A stretch of 64,000 bases of DNA, taken from Pecten maximus. Its lineage: Eukaryota. This document shows positions 11,961 through 25,287 of the stretch, piece by piece (position 1 is the stretch's first letter; each line of letters starts with the position of its first letter). The position numbers and the translations under genes were made by a program. The DNA lies in assembly GCF_902652985.1 (NCBI RefSeq), contig NC_047018.1, positions 34,286,001 through 34,350,000 of the forward strand, in the 5' to 3' direction. Below the pieces are notes generated by a model. The model worked only from the letters and a program-made list of their open reading frames with translations, did no database searches and had not been told where the DNA came from.

Positions 11961-13441
11961 TTATTATCCTTTGAGCAAAGCCTTGCTCTTTATGTAAAAA
12001 AATAATCTACCTCATCTCATACCATCAGGCATATTTTATAATTTTGAGGGAAAATATACATCTACTTTATAAAATACTCGCACAAAAAACGCCCAGATAT
12101 TTTTTATCATTTTATCTGGGGAAAGGGGTAATTTTTTAACACACAAATAATCCATTTTGTGCAAGGAAAGAAAGCTTTATGGTAAATAATATGATGAAAA
12201 AGTCACAAATATGTGATACAAGAAATGAGATTTTTACCATTTACACTCGGTGAATCACAATGTGCAGTATATTAACATCCATTGCCTCACTATTACCACA
12301 GACGTCTGCTTCGGGTTAGCATATCAGAAAAATAGCCCCACCCCTACTAGACTAACCAGAATCAGACACCTGTCTTATTACACAATTAATATACAGGTGT
12401 TGTACAAAAAAATGCTTTGACTCGAAGACCTATCGTATAGATTGTTATTTACTTCTCTATCCCTAGGGTTTTGACTGTTCTGAAGACAACATCAAAATCA
12501 GAAATTAACACTTTTTTTCCGTACACATATTGCTATGCCTTTTGTTTAGTACCTTTATTAGGTAGATAAATTATTTCAATGAACATATAGCATCTTGACT
12601 AAGCTTTCTTCGAAACTTTAACTACTTTGCAGAAATACCACAAAATTAAGAATTATTTGAGTAATACCATTATACAATCTTCATATTCATCATCATCGAT
12701 ACCAGGGGTTCTTCCTACAGAACTCTGTTGGAAAGAACACATAGTTCAAAATAAGGTACAATGTAGCATTACATTTAAATTCATAAACATAGCATCGCAC
12801 ATTATTTATTACTATTGACGATACACTTTCCCATCACACTTCTCTCCCATACACACAAGGTGTCACATAATTTCTGTAAAACAGATTGTAATAAATAAAA
12901 CGAACATCTTATCAATATTATGATAAATGTAATTAAAACAAAGGAACGTACTGGACGAAAATCAAAGTAAAGTGAATGTCCAAATGGATAACTGATACAT
13001 ATAAATGACACGGAATTGCAAGGAATCTCTTATAGGGACTTTACAGATTTGAAGAAGCGGCCCCCATTTCTGCAATATTCCACAAATATCACTGTACTCT
13101 AGCTTAAATCTACCTTTGACAAGCGACTCAAGAATACCTTATCCGCAAGTTTTCTGGATACAGCCGTGTGAGAGCAAGACTCAGAGGATCAACATTAAAA
13201 GTACTCATACCCTTATGCGATTGACAATGCAGGTATGAATACTTTTCACATGTTCTTCCTTTATAAAGGCTCCTATACCTGGTAGCAACCCAACTAATTG
13301 AGTCCAAATCTTCATCAACTTACACATATAGACCATAACAACTACCAAGCAATTAACTCGCTAAAGATTGTGTATTGGTATAAACATTTTTGGCATACTC
13401 CAAAGAATTTTTTTTTTTTTTTTATCAGTTTATCCATTTTT

Positions 13442-13678
13442 TTGCCCGCTAACTACATGTAGGTTAGGTAAAGATGATCCAATTTCTTGTGTCTGCTTGC
13501 TATATGTAGTTAGGGAAGTTGATCGAATTTCTTGTGCCTGTTAACTACATATGGTTTGGGTACAGTTGATCCAATTTCTTGTGCTTGTTAACTACATATG
13601 GTTTTGGCACAGTTGATCTAATGTCTTGTGCCCGCTAATTACTACATGTGGGTTGGGTACAGTTGATCAAATTTCTTA
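13442..13678. repeat. ~47-bp degenerate tandem repeat, 5 copies
   Basis: Recurring TGCCYGYTAACTACATRTGGTTxGGTACAGTTGATCxAATTTCTTG. Confidence 0.8.
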
Positions 13679-14340
13679 CATTGCATTCCTTAATTAACAA
13701 ATTATTATAGAATCAGAAAATAATTCGCTGATGATTTTTTCACTTGAAAAAAATGCCATTAACTCGATTGATCGTGTCAGTTTTGGTATTAAATTTTTTC
13801 TAAATTTGGGGACATAGATAAGTTTAAATGTGATCTATCCTTTGTATAGTAATACAAAATCAAGTATTATGGTAGACATGAAATTTGATATTAAAAAAAA
13901 CAAAACCGAAGTCTTACAAGGGGAATGATATTCCACGTTATTTCAGTATGTTTGTAAATGACCTAAAATTGAATTTATCGGTGATGATGTCCAGCATTTT
14001 CATTAATTCAATCAGCTCGTTATTTCCTCCAAAATAAGGAAGAGTACAATGAAAAAGAAAAATGAATTAAGTGTAGATAGATATTTGAAAATTAGAGGTG
14101 CAAACATTGACATATGTAATGGATCATCAATAATAAGAAGCCATATATTTTTTTTAAAGACATTTTAATACATAAATATATAAGAACCTCACACACACAA
14201 ACACACATCAATTCCAGTTGGTATGGTTTGCCTGTCATCATAATCATAATCGTATCATACTCATCATCATCACAATCCATCAATTAAACTACAAGGAGAT
14301 AAATACATAAAAAAAACATACATACTTCTATACTTGTATA

Positions 14341-14468
14341 NNNNNNNNNNNNNNNNNNNNNNNNNNNNNNNNNNNNNNNNNNNNNNNNNNNNNNNNNNNN
14401 NNNNNNNNNNNNNNNNNNNNNNNNNNNNNNNNNNNNNNNNNNNNNNNNNNNNNNNNNNNNNNNNNNNN
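14341..14468. other. Assembly gap (128 N)
   Basis: Run of N. A ~48-bp sequence is duplicated on either side (~14104 and ~14527). Confidence 1.
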
Positions 14469-15933
14469 GATCAATCCTGTCGAGGGCTCAGCTTCTGTGT
14501 TGGTCATATCAACTCTTGCCACGTCAACATTGACATAAGTACTGGATCATCAATAATAAGAAGCCATATATTCATCAAGGATGACTTGGTCTAAAATTAC
14601 ATACTTTTAAACAGTTATATATAAATGACAGCGTATTGAAAATATAGCAAACGTACAACATTCGCCTTTACAGAAAAAATAGGCAATCTTTAGTAAAGGA
14701 TATAATGGGCAGTTCATCATATGGAAATGCTGCACATCCAGCTTCACTTGGGACACCAAATAAGTTAGAAATTTGAACCTCTGTCTGCTTGACCGAGGGT
14801 CGCATATACATTAACGGGATATTTGTTGACAAAATTGTTTAGCATGTGTCTCGCAAATTAGCCATATTTTGACTCTCTACAGACTAATGAACGGTGAACA
14901 ACTGTATCCTCATAAAAACCACTGTAACGTGCACATAAAGGCTCACAATCTGGAGGAATTATTTACATTTTAGCAACAGATTTGCACGCCCTGTTAAAAC
15001 TGAAGTACTGTTTTGAAAAGGACAAGACGACAGACGGCGTCATAGAATGATGTAGAGTTCGGAATCTAATAAAATAAAACTATGCACACGAGATTGTCGG
15101 TCAGTTGATTCTTTACATAATAAAACATATTTTACCAAAATTTTCCATTTGAAATAAGATGGAAATTTATCTAAATTAAGAAAATCATCTTGAGAACTGT
15201 ACTTGTGGAGAATATCCCAACCATCAGTAATAAATCCCAGTTTACATTTGTACACACCAAGGCGCTTTTGATGCAAGCGCAATAGAAATAATTGTTTAGA
15301 CTTGCATTGTAAGACTAATTGGTGCTGTAAACGCAACATTTATAATGTTGTACTGGGCAACTAGGTTCAATCACAACCTTGGCATATATATCAGCTTTAG
15401 TTTCATAAATACGACATTTTTTAGGATTCAATCCGACAGCTACATGTAGGTAGATTTAAGCTGAATATTGCGTATTATAGAATGAACTTACTTATCCTTA
15501 CCTATAAATGCATTCATGGTTAATGTGTTTAGATGGTTCAGCATGACTAAACATCAGGTAGTAAGTGTTAAGTTTACTTGCATGTATGTCTTGTATACCT
15601 TGTATTGATATATAATTCACCTAGTTTGTCTACATGAAACACCAAAACATTCGGGCTGTGCTAACGGGCACAAAATAATTTCGTGTATTTTATTAAATTT
15701 TATATTTGATGATAATGTTATTCCTTAATTAACGAAAGCTAAACTACATGGACATATTATTTAAGTATACAATTGACACGCGTGATTGACGATGATCTGG
15801 TGTCGGGTGCATTCTTGTGTAACCGATTAAGTTTGTACATATATTCACGCATTCAATTTTAAACGTATAGGGTTCAGGTGGATTCACAAGAGAAGGATTA
15901 TAGACGAAAAACAAGAAGACTTAACTTTTAGAA

Positions 15934-17344
15934 ATGATTACAGTATTCAATGTTTTGGTGATAATGTACTCGAGTATATCGGGAGTCCAAACTTCTACGA
16001 GACTTGATACACAAGTCTTACATGACAAACTTTTACAAACATACAACAAAGATCTCGGACCTAATTTCAACCAATCGCAACCAATTCTTCTTCAACTGTC
16101 GTTCAATTTGTTCACTCTCAACGAATTCGATGATATAGCCGGAAAACTTGTGTTCCTTGGACTTTCAAACATTGAATGGCGGGACGACAGGATGGTCTGG
16201 AATCCCCTTGAACATGGAAACACAACTACAGTGATGATGCCACAGTCTAAGGTATGGATCCCACATCTGTTCGTTGCAAAACCACATACTAATGTGAAAA
16301 AGATTGGGTATGATTTCGTACAAGTAACATACACTTCTGACGGATGGGCACGTTGGGCTGTCCCAGACTTGTTTGATATTTCATGCACAGCAGATATAGC
16401 TTACTTCCCTATGGACCGACAAAAATGTGAGATATACATCAGTCCCTGGTCATACGAGGAAAGTACATTTGATTTCAGACTTCCACTTAATACTATGACA
16501 CAAACTGATTTCGTCGAAAATGGTGCTTGGAAGATTCTCTCAACCGAACTGTATGTAGCCCAACATATAGATAATGAATATGTCGTTATGGTGATAAACT
16601 TTCAAAGACGTCCCCTTTTCATAATACTGAATCTTCTCCTGCCAATACTAGTAGTTGAAGTGTTGAACGTGTTTGTTTTCCTTCTTCCTCCCGATCCGGG
16701 AGAGAGGAGTGCGTTTGGAGTAACTGTGCTGCTCTCCATGGCAGTGTTTCTTTCTATTGTGTCCGACAAATTGCCCAGCACATCAGACCCACACATTGCC
16801 CGTGTTTCAATATACATTGCTGCTGAACTGACACTTAGTGCGTTGATTATGTTATTTGCAATGATAAGCCTTTTACTGTACAACAAGCCAGACGATCAAC
16901 CTATCCCGGGGTGGATCAGACGACTTGTGTCAAAACGTTCCAAACAGCAGAAACACAAACAACGAGACCCACGCGTACATAGACATATGGACAACCCTGA
17001 AGTTGATGTTCGCAGAGGTGTAAAACGAAGTAACCAGGGAAATGGCCGTTACAAACATGGAATAGACTCAATTGAAATATACAGAGGATATCACGTTGAA
17101 CAATTAAGACTCGGAGAACACCAATGCAGTTATACCCAGGACTATAGAGACCCTCCATACACCAGTTCTGAAGATCTGTGTGAAGGGTCAACGGATGTAG
17201 AGGATACACCAATCGTAACATGGAATGATGTTGCTAAAGTGGTTCGACAAATTCTGTTTGGCTTTATTTTCATTCTTAAATATAGTTATCATTGCAGCGA
17301 AAGGAATAGACACTCTTAGTTATTTGAATAATGTGACAATGTAA
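15934..17344 (+). CDS. Intronless nicotinic acetylcholine receptor-like (Cys-loop) subunit, non-alpha, copy 1; TM4 frameshifted in this assembly
   Basis: Signal peptide, WxDxRMxW, VWIP, Cys-loop CTADIAYFPMDRQKC, ENGAW, TM1-TM3 with GERSAFGVTVLLS. The ORF stops at 17319, but removing an extra A at ~17237 and at ~17280 restores WNDVAKWFDKFCLALFFILNIVII ending at TAA 17344, matching copy 2. Confidence 0.93.
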
Positions 17345-17828
17345 CATGTTATTGAACAAAATACTCTCACTCTAATGTAAAACTCATCGATTATTAAACA
17401 ATAGTTGGAATCAATACCTCTTTCATCTTGTTGTTGATTTAGGGGTTATCCACAAAATAAATATACAAGTTTTAAGGGAGCGTTTTATTATTTATATCGA
17501 GATTTTCGAAAAACAGGATAAAACAAGAGAATACTGATGTAATACCGAAATCATAATTTAACTCAAGATGGATAAACCAGGGCAAACTATGAATAAAAAT
17601 CTAAATTTGCGCGGACACCCTTGGAAACTTACAAGGAAAGAAGACCGTGTGTTTCAAATTAGTGAGCAATAAAATGCATTGTAAACAATCAATAAGCATG
17701 GGAACAACCTACATAAATGTATAAATAAAAATGCAATATAATATCATTTACTTTGTGTATTAGTTAAACTTAGGTAAATCTGGTTTAAATACATATCTTT
17801 ATTATCACTCCGTTACATAGATCATCTA

Positions 17829-17943
17829 ACAACATTTTCTGATAACATTTACCCCAGACAACATTTTCTGATAACATTTACCCCAGACAACATTTTCTGA
17901 TAACATTTACCCCAGACAACATTTTCTGATAACATTTACCCCA
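17829..17943. repeat. 29-bp tandem repeat, 4 copies
   Basis: (ACAACATTTTCTGATAACATTTACCCCAG)4. Confidence 0.95.
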
Positions 17944-19281
17944 TCCGTCGTTGACTATCAAGACGAATTGTCACTTGGCCATGTCAATTTCACCAATTTA
18001 ATTCGTCACATCGTGCAGGTAATTGAAGGCTACTTCGGAAACTAAAGGCTACTTGGGACGAAATTACTTCAGACATTGTTAGGATTAACTATTTCGGACA
18101 TCGAAAATTCACTTCAAAAATTCTGAAAGTAGTAATTGAATTGGTCAATACAAAAGGTCATCGGAACGTGACCCTAATGGATGATGTCTGATCCTCTTTG
18201 TAATTGAGTGCGAATAAGGATCAGCAATTTAATCAGATTGCACTTAAGTACAAATACATAGAATCATTAGTTGGTTTGATATCACATGTTCTATCCAAAA
18301 ATCTGACTCTATCTTAATACAAAAAGTGATCATTTAATCAATGGATATCTACATCAATATAAGGAATGTAGCAAATGTAGAATTACCGTTTCTGAAAACC
18401 ATGTTTGCGAAGTTGGCATCGCATTCAATTTCCCCACTGAGTAAACGGTAATAATTTACCCTGCCGCAAAGGGAAACTATGAAGGTAAACAAAGTTAATG
18501 TTACGTTGTAAACTCTATTATTGAGTTTAACTAAACACTAACAACATAATATTCTTTTCTCGATCCTCAACTTTTGAGGGATTGTACATTAGACACACAA
18601 AGATAACCACCAGATACAGTAGGAACCAAGAATAACTGAAACTGCGCAAACATTATTTCGTATGACTTGTCAATGGTAACTGAGTTTTGAGTGATGATTA
18701 AAGCTATATATGGTAGTAATAAATAATTCAATTACCACCAATTTATTTCACAAAACACACGTGATTTCTAAATTTATACACCGCCACATACAATTCATAA
18801 CATACATGTAGTAACAGTACCATAAGCAAGACCGTAAGACCGATAAAAATATCCATCACTTCAAAGCTAAGATAGATGGGTTGCTATAAATAAATAATGA
18901 AAAATTTACTGTGACTGTTTCTATATTACCTAATACGTACATACACCATATGAGAATCATGTCATGGATACATGTGAATTCAAAAATAAAATTTTGTAAA
19001 ACTTTGTTTTCTCAGTAATATATAGGAAATATAAAATTGGAAGGATTTTAACGGCCTGTGTGGTTCATAAATCGATTGAATAGAAAACTTTGCGTTATAT
19101 TTACGATATACATAGACGGTGTTAAGTCATGTGCAACGAAGCGTAAAGCCTGCTTTATAAATACGTATGCTATACAACAGTGTCAATTTTACTGAGATTG
19201 ATGTATATTAAGCTGTTCCGTCACTCAGAAGGCTTTTCCCTGAGTTCTCATTCTATCGATCAGCAATTCAAGATTTAAGAT

Positions 19282-20682
19282 ATGTTTGGAGTTTATAATA
19301 TTTTACTGGTGACAGCGTGTGTTTGTTTAAATGGGGTCCAAAGCACAACAAGAGACGATGTACAAAAGTTAAACGACAAAATTTTGAATGAGTACAAAAA
19401 AGATCTCGGACCGAATTTCAACCAGTCTCAACCTATTGTCCTTTATATACAGTTTAATTTGTTTACACTCAACGAGTTTGACGATAAAGCCGGAAAGCTG
19501 GCATTTCTGGGATATTCCAGCATTGAATGGCGGGACGACAGGATGGTCTGGAATCCTCTTGAACATGGAAACACAACTACCGTGATGATTCCACAGTCTA
19601 AGGTATGGATCCCACATCTGTTCGTTGCGAAACCATATACTGATGTGAAAAAGATTGGGTATGATTTCGTACAAGTAACATACACTTCTGACGGATGGGC
19701 ACGTTGGACCGTCCCAGACTTATTTCAGGTTTCATGCACAGCAGACATAGCTTACTACCCTATGGACCGACAAAAATGTGAAATATACATCATTCCGTGG
19801 GCATACGGCAAAGGTACATTTGATTTCAGACTTCCACTCGATACTATGACACAAAATGATTTCGTCGAAAATGGTGCGTGGAAGATTCTCTCAACCGAAA
19901 TGCATGTATCGGAACACAGTGATGGCGATTTGGTCATAATGGTGATAAAATTTCAAAGACGTCCTCTTTTCATTATACTGAATCTTATCTTGCCAATAGT
20001 AGTAGTTGCTGGGCTCAATATTTTTGTTTTCCTTCTTCCTCCGGATCCGGGAGAGAGGAGTGCGTTTGGAGTAACTGTGCTGCTTGCCATGGCGGTGTTT
20101 CTTTCTATTGTGTCAGACAAACTGCCAAGTACGTCCGAACCTCACATTGCTCGCGTGTCTGTGTTCATCCTCTCTGAACTCATTGTCAGTGCCCTCATCA
20201 TGGTCTTCACTGTGTTTACGCTGATATTGTACAATAATAAGGATGATAAACCGATCCCTGATTGGATGAAACGTTTTGTCTTGAGGTGTTCGAGAAGAAA
20301 GACAACTGTGAAGAAAGGGGCAAGGAATGATGATGATGTCATTGAACCAAATAGAACTGATCCGAGATACTGGCGTTCCGAAAACGACCGGTATCATCGT
20401 GATAACACGGTATATGGTAAAAACAGAGGGTATCCTAATGAAAATACTGACCGAAGACACCATGAACCTTTACAACAAAAGGCTAACCAGAGCAATAGTC
20501 GACATACGGCTCCAGAAGGCCCGGTAGAATTGGCAGCAGACGACACAAATACGACTGTTACATGGAACGATGTAGCCAAGTGTTTCGACAACGCTTGTCT
20601 GTTGTTGTTTATATTCCTCAACGTTTGTATTGTTGTTATTGAAATCATAGACTCTGCGTATTATTGGAATACTGACTTTTGA
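19282..20682 (+). CDS. Intronless nicotinic acetylcholine receptor-like (Cys-loop) subunit, non-alpha, copy 2, intact 466 aa
   Basis: Signal peptide, Cys-loop CTADIAYYPMDRQKC, four TM segments, GERS before M2, WNDVAKCFD before M4, no vicinal CC in loop C. Confidence 0.96.
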   Translation: MFGVYNILLVTACVCLNGVQSTTRDDVQKLNDKILNEYKKDLGPNFNQSQPIVLYIQFNLFTLNEFDDKAGKLAFLGYSSIEWRDDRMVWNPLEHGNTTTVMIPQSKVWIPHLFVAKPYTDVKKIGYDFVQVTYTSDGWARWTVPDLFQVSCTADIAYYPMDRQKCEIYIIPWAYGKGTFDFRLPLDTMTQNDFVENGAWKILSTEMHVSEHSDGDLVIMVIKFQRRPLFIILNLILPIVVVAGLNIFVFLLPPDPGERSAFGVTVLLAMAVFLSIVSDKLPSTSEPHIARVSVFILSELIVSALIMVFTVFTLILYNNKDDKPIPDWMKRFVLRCSRRKTTVKKGARNDDDVIEPNRTDPRYWRSENDRYHRDNTVYGKNRGYPNENTDRRHHEPLQQKANQSNSRHTAPEGPVELAADDTNTTVTWNDVAKCFDNACLLLFIFLNVCIVVIEIIDSAYYWNTDF

Positions 20683-22137
20683 TTCTATTCATTTAAATTA
20701 TATTCATAATACATTTTTATATTTGAATACATGTATATCATAAATGTTAGAGTATTTACTGTGATTTACCACAAACATCATTAAAAAGACAATTGGTCGT
20801 GTTAGTTAATGTAACAAACATTTCTAACGTTCTTTGTTCTTATTCCCTATACTAAGATTATAACGTGCGATGGTTTCCACCATACATGGCACGCTGTGTT
20901 GAATTAATTCACACCAATGCCAGATCATGTGTTTCACGAGAGAATGTAAGAGACCATACCTAATTATGCTGTATATATTTCATAAGATGTCTGATAGAAA
21001 TTGATTGAATACTTGTCATGCCTGAATAAATGTCAAATCTAGTCTTGTCATACATGTAAATGTAATGTTCACACGATCTATACTGGCTCATGTTTGCTGT
21101 ATAAGAAGGCTAATTGCTAGTCCATCAAGCGTGAATATAAAAACTATTTTCCTCAGCTAATGTGTTACATTCTTATTCAATATTCGATCTCGCCTGACTC
21201 AAAACCATTCGCATCAGAAGAACGGTATTTCTCGCGCCAAATTGTCGTAATGATACTGATTCAACTCATATATTTATTTTACTATTGGTAGTTTTGAGTA
21301 GCACACCTCAAACCTTTCAGTCTGTACATGACATGGTTTGCTGACTATAAGATCCAATGAAGCGATAAATATATATTTTAAAGTACCTACGTATCATTTG
21401 CCTCCAGGGAATATGCGTAGGTTAATTTGCATTTTAACTTGTAATAAATAGTTTCATGTATTTATATGTACGTGTACATGAAATCACAGCAATCTATTTG
21501 TAAGTTTGAACCTGTCTAACTCATAAAATACAGTCACGAAAAATAAGGTGTAGCGCGTGACGTTGATGTGTGGGCTTTCATTGACAGACTCTGTCGTAAT
21601 ATCTCTAAAAAAATGTGTTTATGTTCATTTTCAGACAACTGTGCCCATTTAAAACATCACGAACAGTTGATTTTTGATAAGCTATGACGTCAGAACCTAC
21701 GAGATAAAAAATATCTTATGTTTGAACACGAATGGTTTTCACATTTAACGCATAAAACATATGGTATGCATTAGTCTCACTGACAAAATTATGTTTTTCT
21801 TAAATTTCTTCTTGAGTGAGTTCGCTAACCAACACCAAGGACACGTGATTGTATGGCATGGTGCGTCATGATTTCCCCTCAATCTGATTAAAATTATACT
21901 TGTAATTTCTACTCCTCTACGATACATTACGATATATTCCAAATCGATTGTAATGTTTTAATGTTATTGGATCTCCCCTTATATATACATGACTTATATG
22001 CAATTCGCATGCATGTATGTAATACATTGCGATCTAGGTATTGAGATATAAATAATCTAACAGACGATTTTTCACTATGATCATATCAAGGTATCGAGCC
22101 GATCATCACTGCGCTATTGATGAGTTCTTTTTAGGAC

Positions 22138-22225
22138 GTGGATGTGGTGCAGTGGTATAAGCTGCGGGTATTTCTGGCTAGGAGATTAGATGACGTAGAT
22201 CGAGAGTTCGAGATCAGGCAGGTTT
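22138..22225 (+). repeat. tRNA-derived SINE head (degenerate)
   Basis: A-box-like TGGTGCAGTGG and B-box-like GAGTTCGAGATC; does not fold as a canonical tRNA. Confidence 0.5.
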
Positions 22226-24684
22226 CAGTAAAATTGTCTTCTTTCGTCATTTGTGTAACTATGTTTATGACTTCTTCCCAATAATTATGAGGTCAAAAGT
22301 CATATTGCATGCAGCTTGGATAAAAAGATTATTGACTCCATTTTCTTTAAATCACAGAAGTCGAATGTGCCAAAGCCACAAAAATATTTGTAATCGCCAT
22401 TGGATTCTAATGTATCATAATAGTTGGCTTGTGACATACTTGAATGTAAAATAAAATGTTAACCACAATGTGCATGGGTAGATATAGGTTTGTAGGATCT
22501 TATTTATCATGGGACGTATAACGCCGTCGTCTATAACAGCAGTTCTCCGTTGATGATCCTAGACTAAGACAAAGACTAATCATAGAAGGTAATTAATAAA
22601 GAATAATATTTTCGTCGAAGTGAAACGTAAACAAGAAATATCTTTAAAAAAGATAAACGCAATAGTTTAATGCTGGTAGTTATAATGTAAAACTGCTGGT
22701 GAAATAAATTAACGAACTAATGCGTTTCAGCAACGATAACAAATCAGTTTGAATCATTTTTGATGATAATAAGACTGCATTTGAATCAGGAATATAAGTT
22801 TATTAATGTGTTATTTGAAAAAAAATACATCCACTTTGTTTCGTTTTTAACTGCATATTTGCATTTTGCATTTGCCGCTTCATTGACCAATCACAAACTT
22901 CATCTTTACCAGTAACGCCACCTGTCGCGTCATAACCGGGGCCAAAAGAATATTATACGGCTATGCCGAAAAATGATAAATATATAAATAAATTCCAAAT
23001 AAATCATGCCGCAACCATTTCTCACTGTCGGAAACCCACGACACTCAGTCAGTGCCGACTCGATAGACAGTGTCGACGATTCTCGTGAGGTCGACAATAC
23101 CGAGTCTCGTGGTACGACAGTATAGAATCGTGTGAGGTCGACAGGACAGGTCGCATTGGTGGTTTCCGTCGATGCATCTTTCTTTGTGTTAGAAAAAACT
23201 TCGACCAATTAAATTCTTCATCAGTTTGAAATATTCCAATAATTCAAGCAATTCAACCAAAGGTAGAACATTTATCAGTTAATGTAATACCCTATATACA
23301 TGTACACTCATTTGTTGGAAGGATGGAAGTAAGAATACAGGGGAGGGGTCATTCCACCCACATCCTTGTGGTTATACCCGGCATGTAGGACAACACAGCC
23401 GGGGTCTAGGGTAATAAAACATGGCTTCACAACGAAATATTTACCATTGTATGGCACTGCCACTATATATCCCTACCAATTCAGTTGCGAGTTCACCAGC
23501 TTATGAACTGCCAACTGAAATTTGAATTTGAAAATTTCAAAAAAAAAAATCGCACGACAAATAAAAAATCGCAGATGGTAAATATAAGCATTGAACGGCT
23601 TTCAGTTGGCATTCATAGTCAATATGAATGCCAACTGGACAGAGGCAAATTCAACATGAAGCTTAAATGTACTTATGTTTTTTAAACCTACGCCATCTGC
23701 AATTTGGCAAACGAATATTTTAAACCTTTCCTGACGAAGCTGCCGTTGTTAGATATTAAATAGTTGATAGTGACAAGGGGAATTGGCACTAATCTCCATC
23801 CCATGATTTACATATATATATGTTTACATACAAAAACCCACAACTAAATAATCATCATCTCTTATTGACAAGCTATACTATTGTCTGTGGCGTGTTTTGG
23901 TCACAGTTACTCTATTATGAGACTGTTGATCAGTGTTTGATCATCCCTTACATCACCTGGACCAAAGTCAAGGACACAAGTTCAAGAACACAGGTTTAAG
24001 GTTACCAGTTCATGTCCAAGAGTTCAAGTTCACACGTATCTGATCAACCCTCACATCAAAATGATCAAGTTCAAGGGCACAGCCTGAGGTCACCGGTTTA
24101 AGGTCACTAATTAAAGCTGACAAATTCAAGATAACAAGGCTCATCAAGTGCACAATACAAAAAGTATATTTGACCTCGAGGATTTTCATCAAAATATTTC
24201 TCCATGTGATCAAGCTTAACAAAGAAATTCAAATGATATATTATTATCAGCTTGTTTAGACAATTATTGTAAAACTTTATGATGGAAAATCAATTCATAT
24301 AAAATATGTTCGGGCTGCGGGTTGGAAATTCGTGTCAAATTCCTCTACTTTTGTTGTCTGTTGTCTCTGTTGCTCACAAGTCAAATTCTAAATCAGGCAT
24401 GTGTCGACAGGGTAGATTTAAACTAATTAACACATGAGGTTTTCTCCGTTACCGAACCTATATTTGTAACAGGGAAGATCGAGTTGTACGAAAAATACCC
24501 TATGCCGTTGTATTTGACCTTTCAAATTTCGGCTCACATGAACTGAAAATGCGACATGTAGTAAATGATATCAACATTCGCCCCCGTAGACAACCGCATT
24601 CCAGGCTCTCAATCTCCTCTACAGACGTAGTTTGAAGTGGCCGACGGCACCAAACCTGTTATAAGGAAGGATCAATGAAAATAC

Positions 24685-24780
24685 TCTGCCTAAGGACGGG
24701 ACTCGAACTAGTGATATCTTGCTCTTCAAGTGCATGGAAATCCTACCACTAAGCCAAAGGGAAATTCGCGGTAGCCTGAG
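24685..24780 (-). repeat. tRNA-derived repeat fragment
   Basis: Reverse strand has TGGCTTAGTGG and GTTCGAGTCC; it shares the AAAGGGAAAT...TAGC flank with the copy at 59655-59760. Confidence 0.5.
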
Positions 24781-25287
24781 CAAGGAAGATGAACTACATG
24801 ATCCTTTGGTGGATACCTATGGTATTCAATAGTTCTCTACAAGGAAGTAGAAAGGCCTAACTATACTCTGTAGACAGTACAAAAATAACATCTTATGCTT
24901 CTACCTTCGCTTCATTTAGATCGGAATCGAAAATCGACTGATTGCAGTGAATATAGAAAACGCCGTTCTGATTGGTTGAAAAAAAAAAGAAGAAAAAAGT
25001 TAAGAGCTGTGATAGGAAGTGATGATATGTAACGTTAACGTGTTAAAGAGTTGAAAGTATTATCAAGTTGATAAATTCTTGAATTTCACTGGTTAAAATG
25101 TAAAAAAAAAATGGTTTTATCAAGTTGACAGGTAAAAATCGAATAAATCCTAGATTGAAAAACTACTGCAGGCGCAGTCTAAGGACTTCTGGTACTTTGA
25201 TATCTGGCTTGACCTGAGATCGTATGGCAAATCTAGTGAGGTTCCGAATAACAGCTCGTGACTTTTCTTTTCGGAAGTGAAAACAAG

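Noticed and set aside
7200-12450. A single large mobile element carrying the PHYHIP-like gene
   Set aside because: Only weak inverted similarity between ~7225-7255 and ~12410-12440; no TSD or transposase was found.
12950-13330. Possible LINE remnant
   Set aside because: The frames I translated contain stops and I could not recognise any RT or endonuclease motif.
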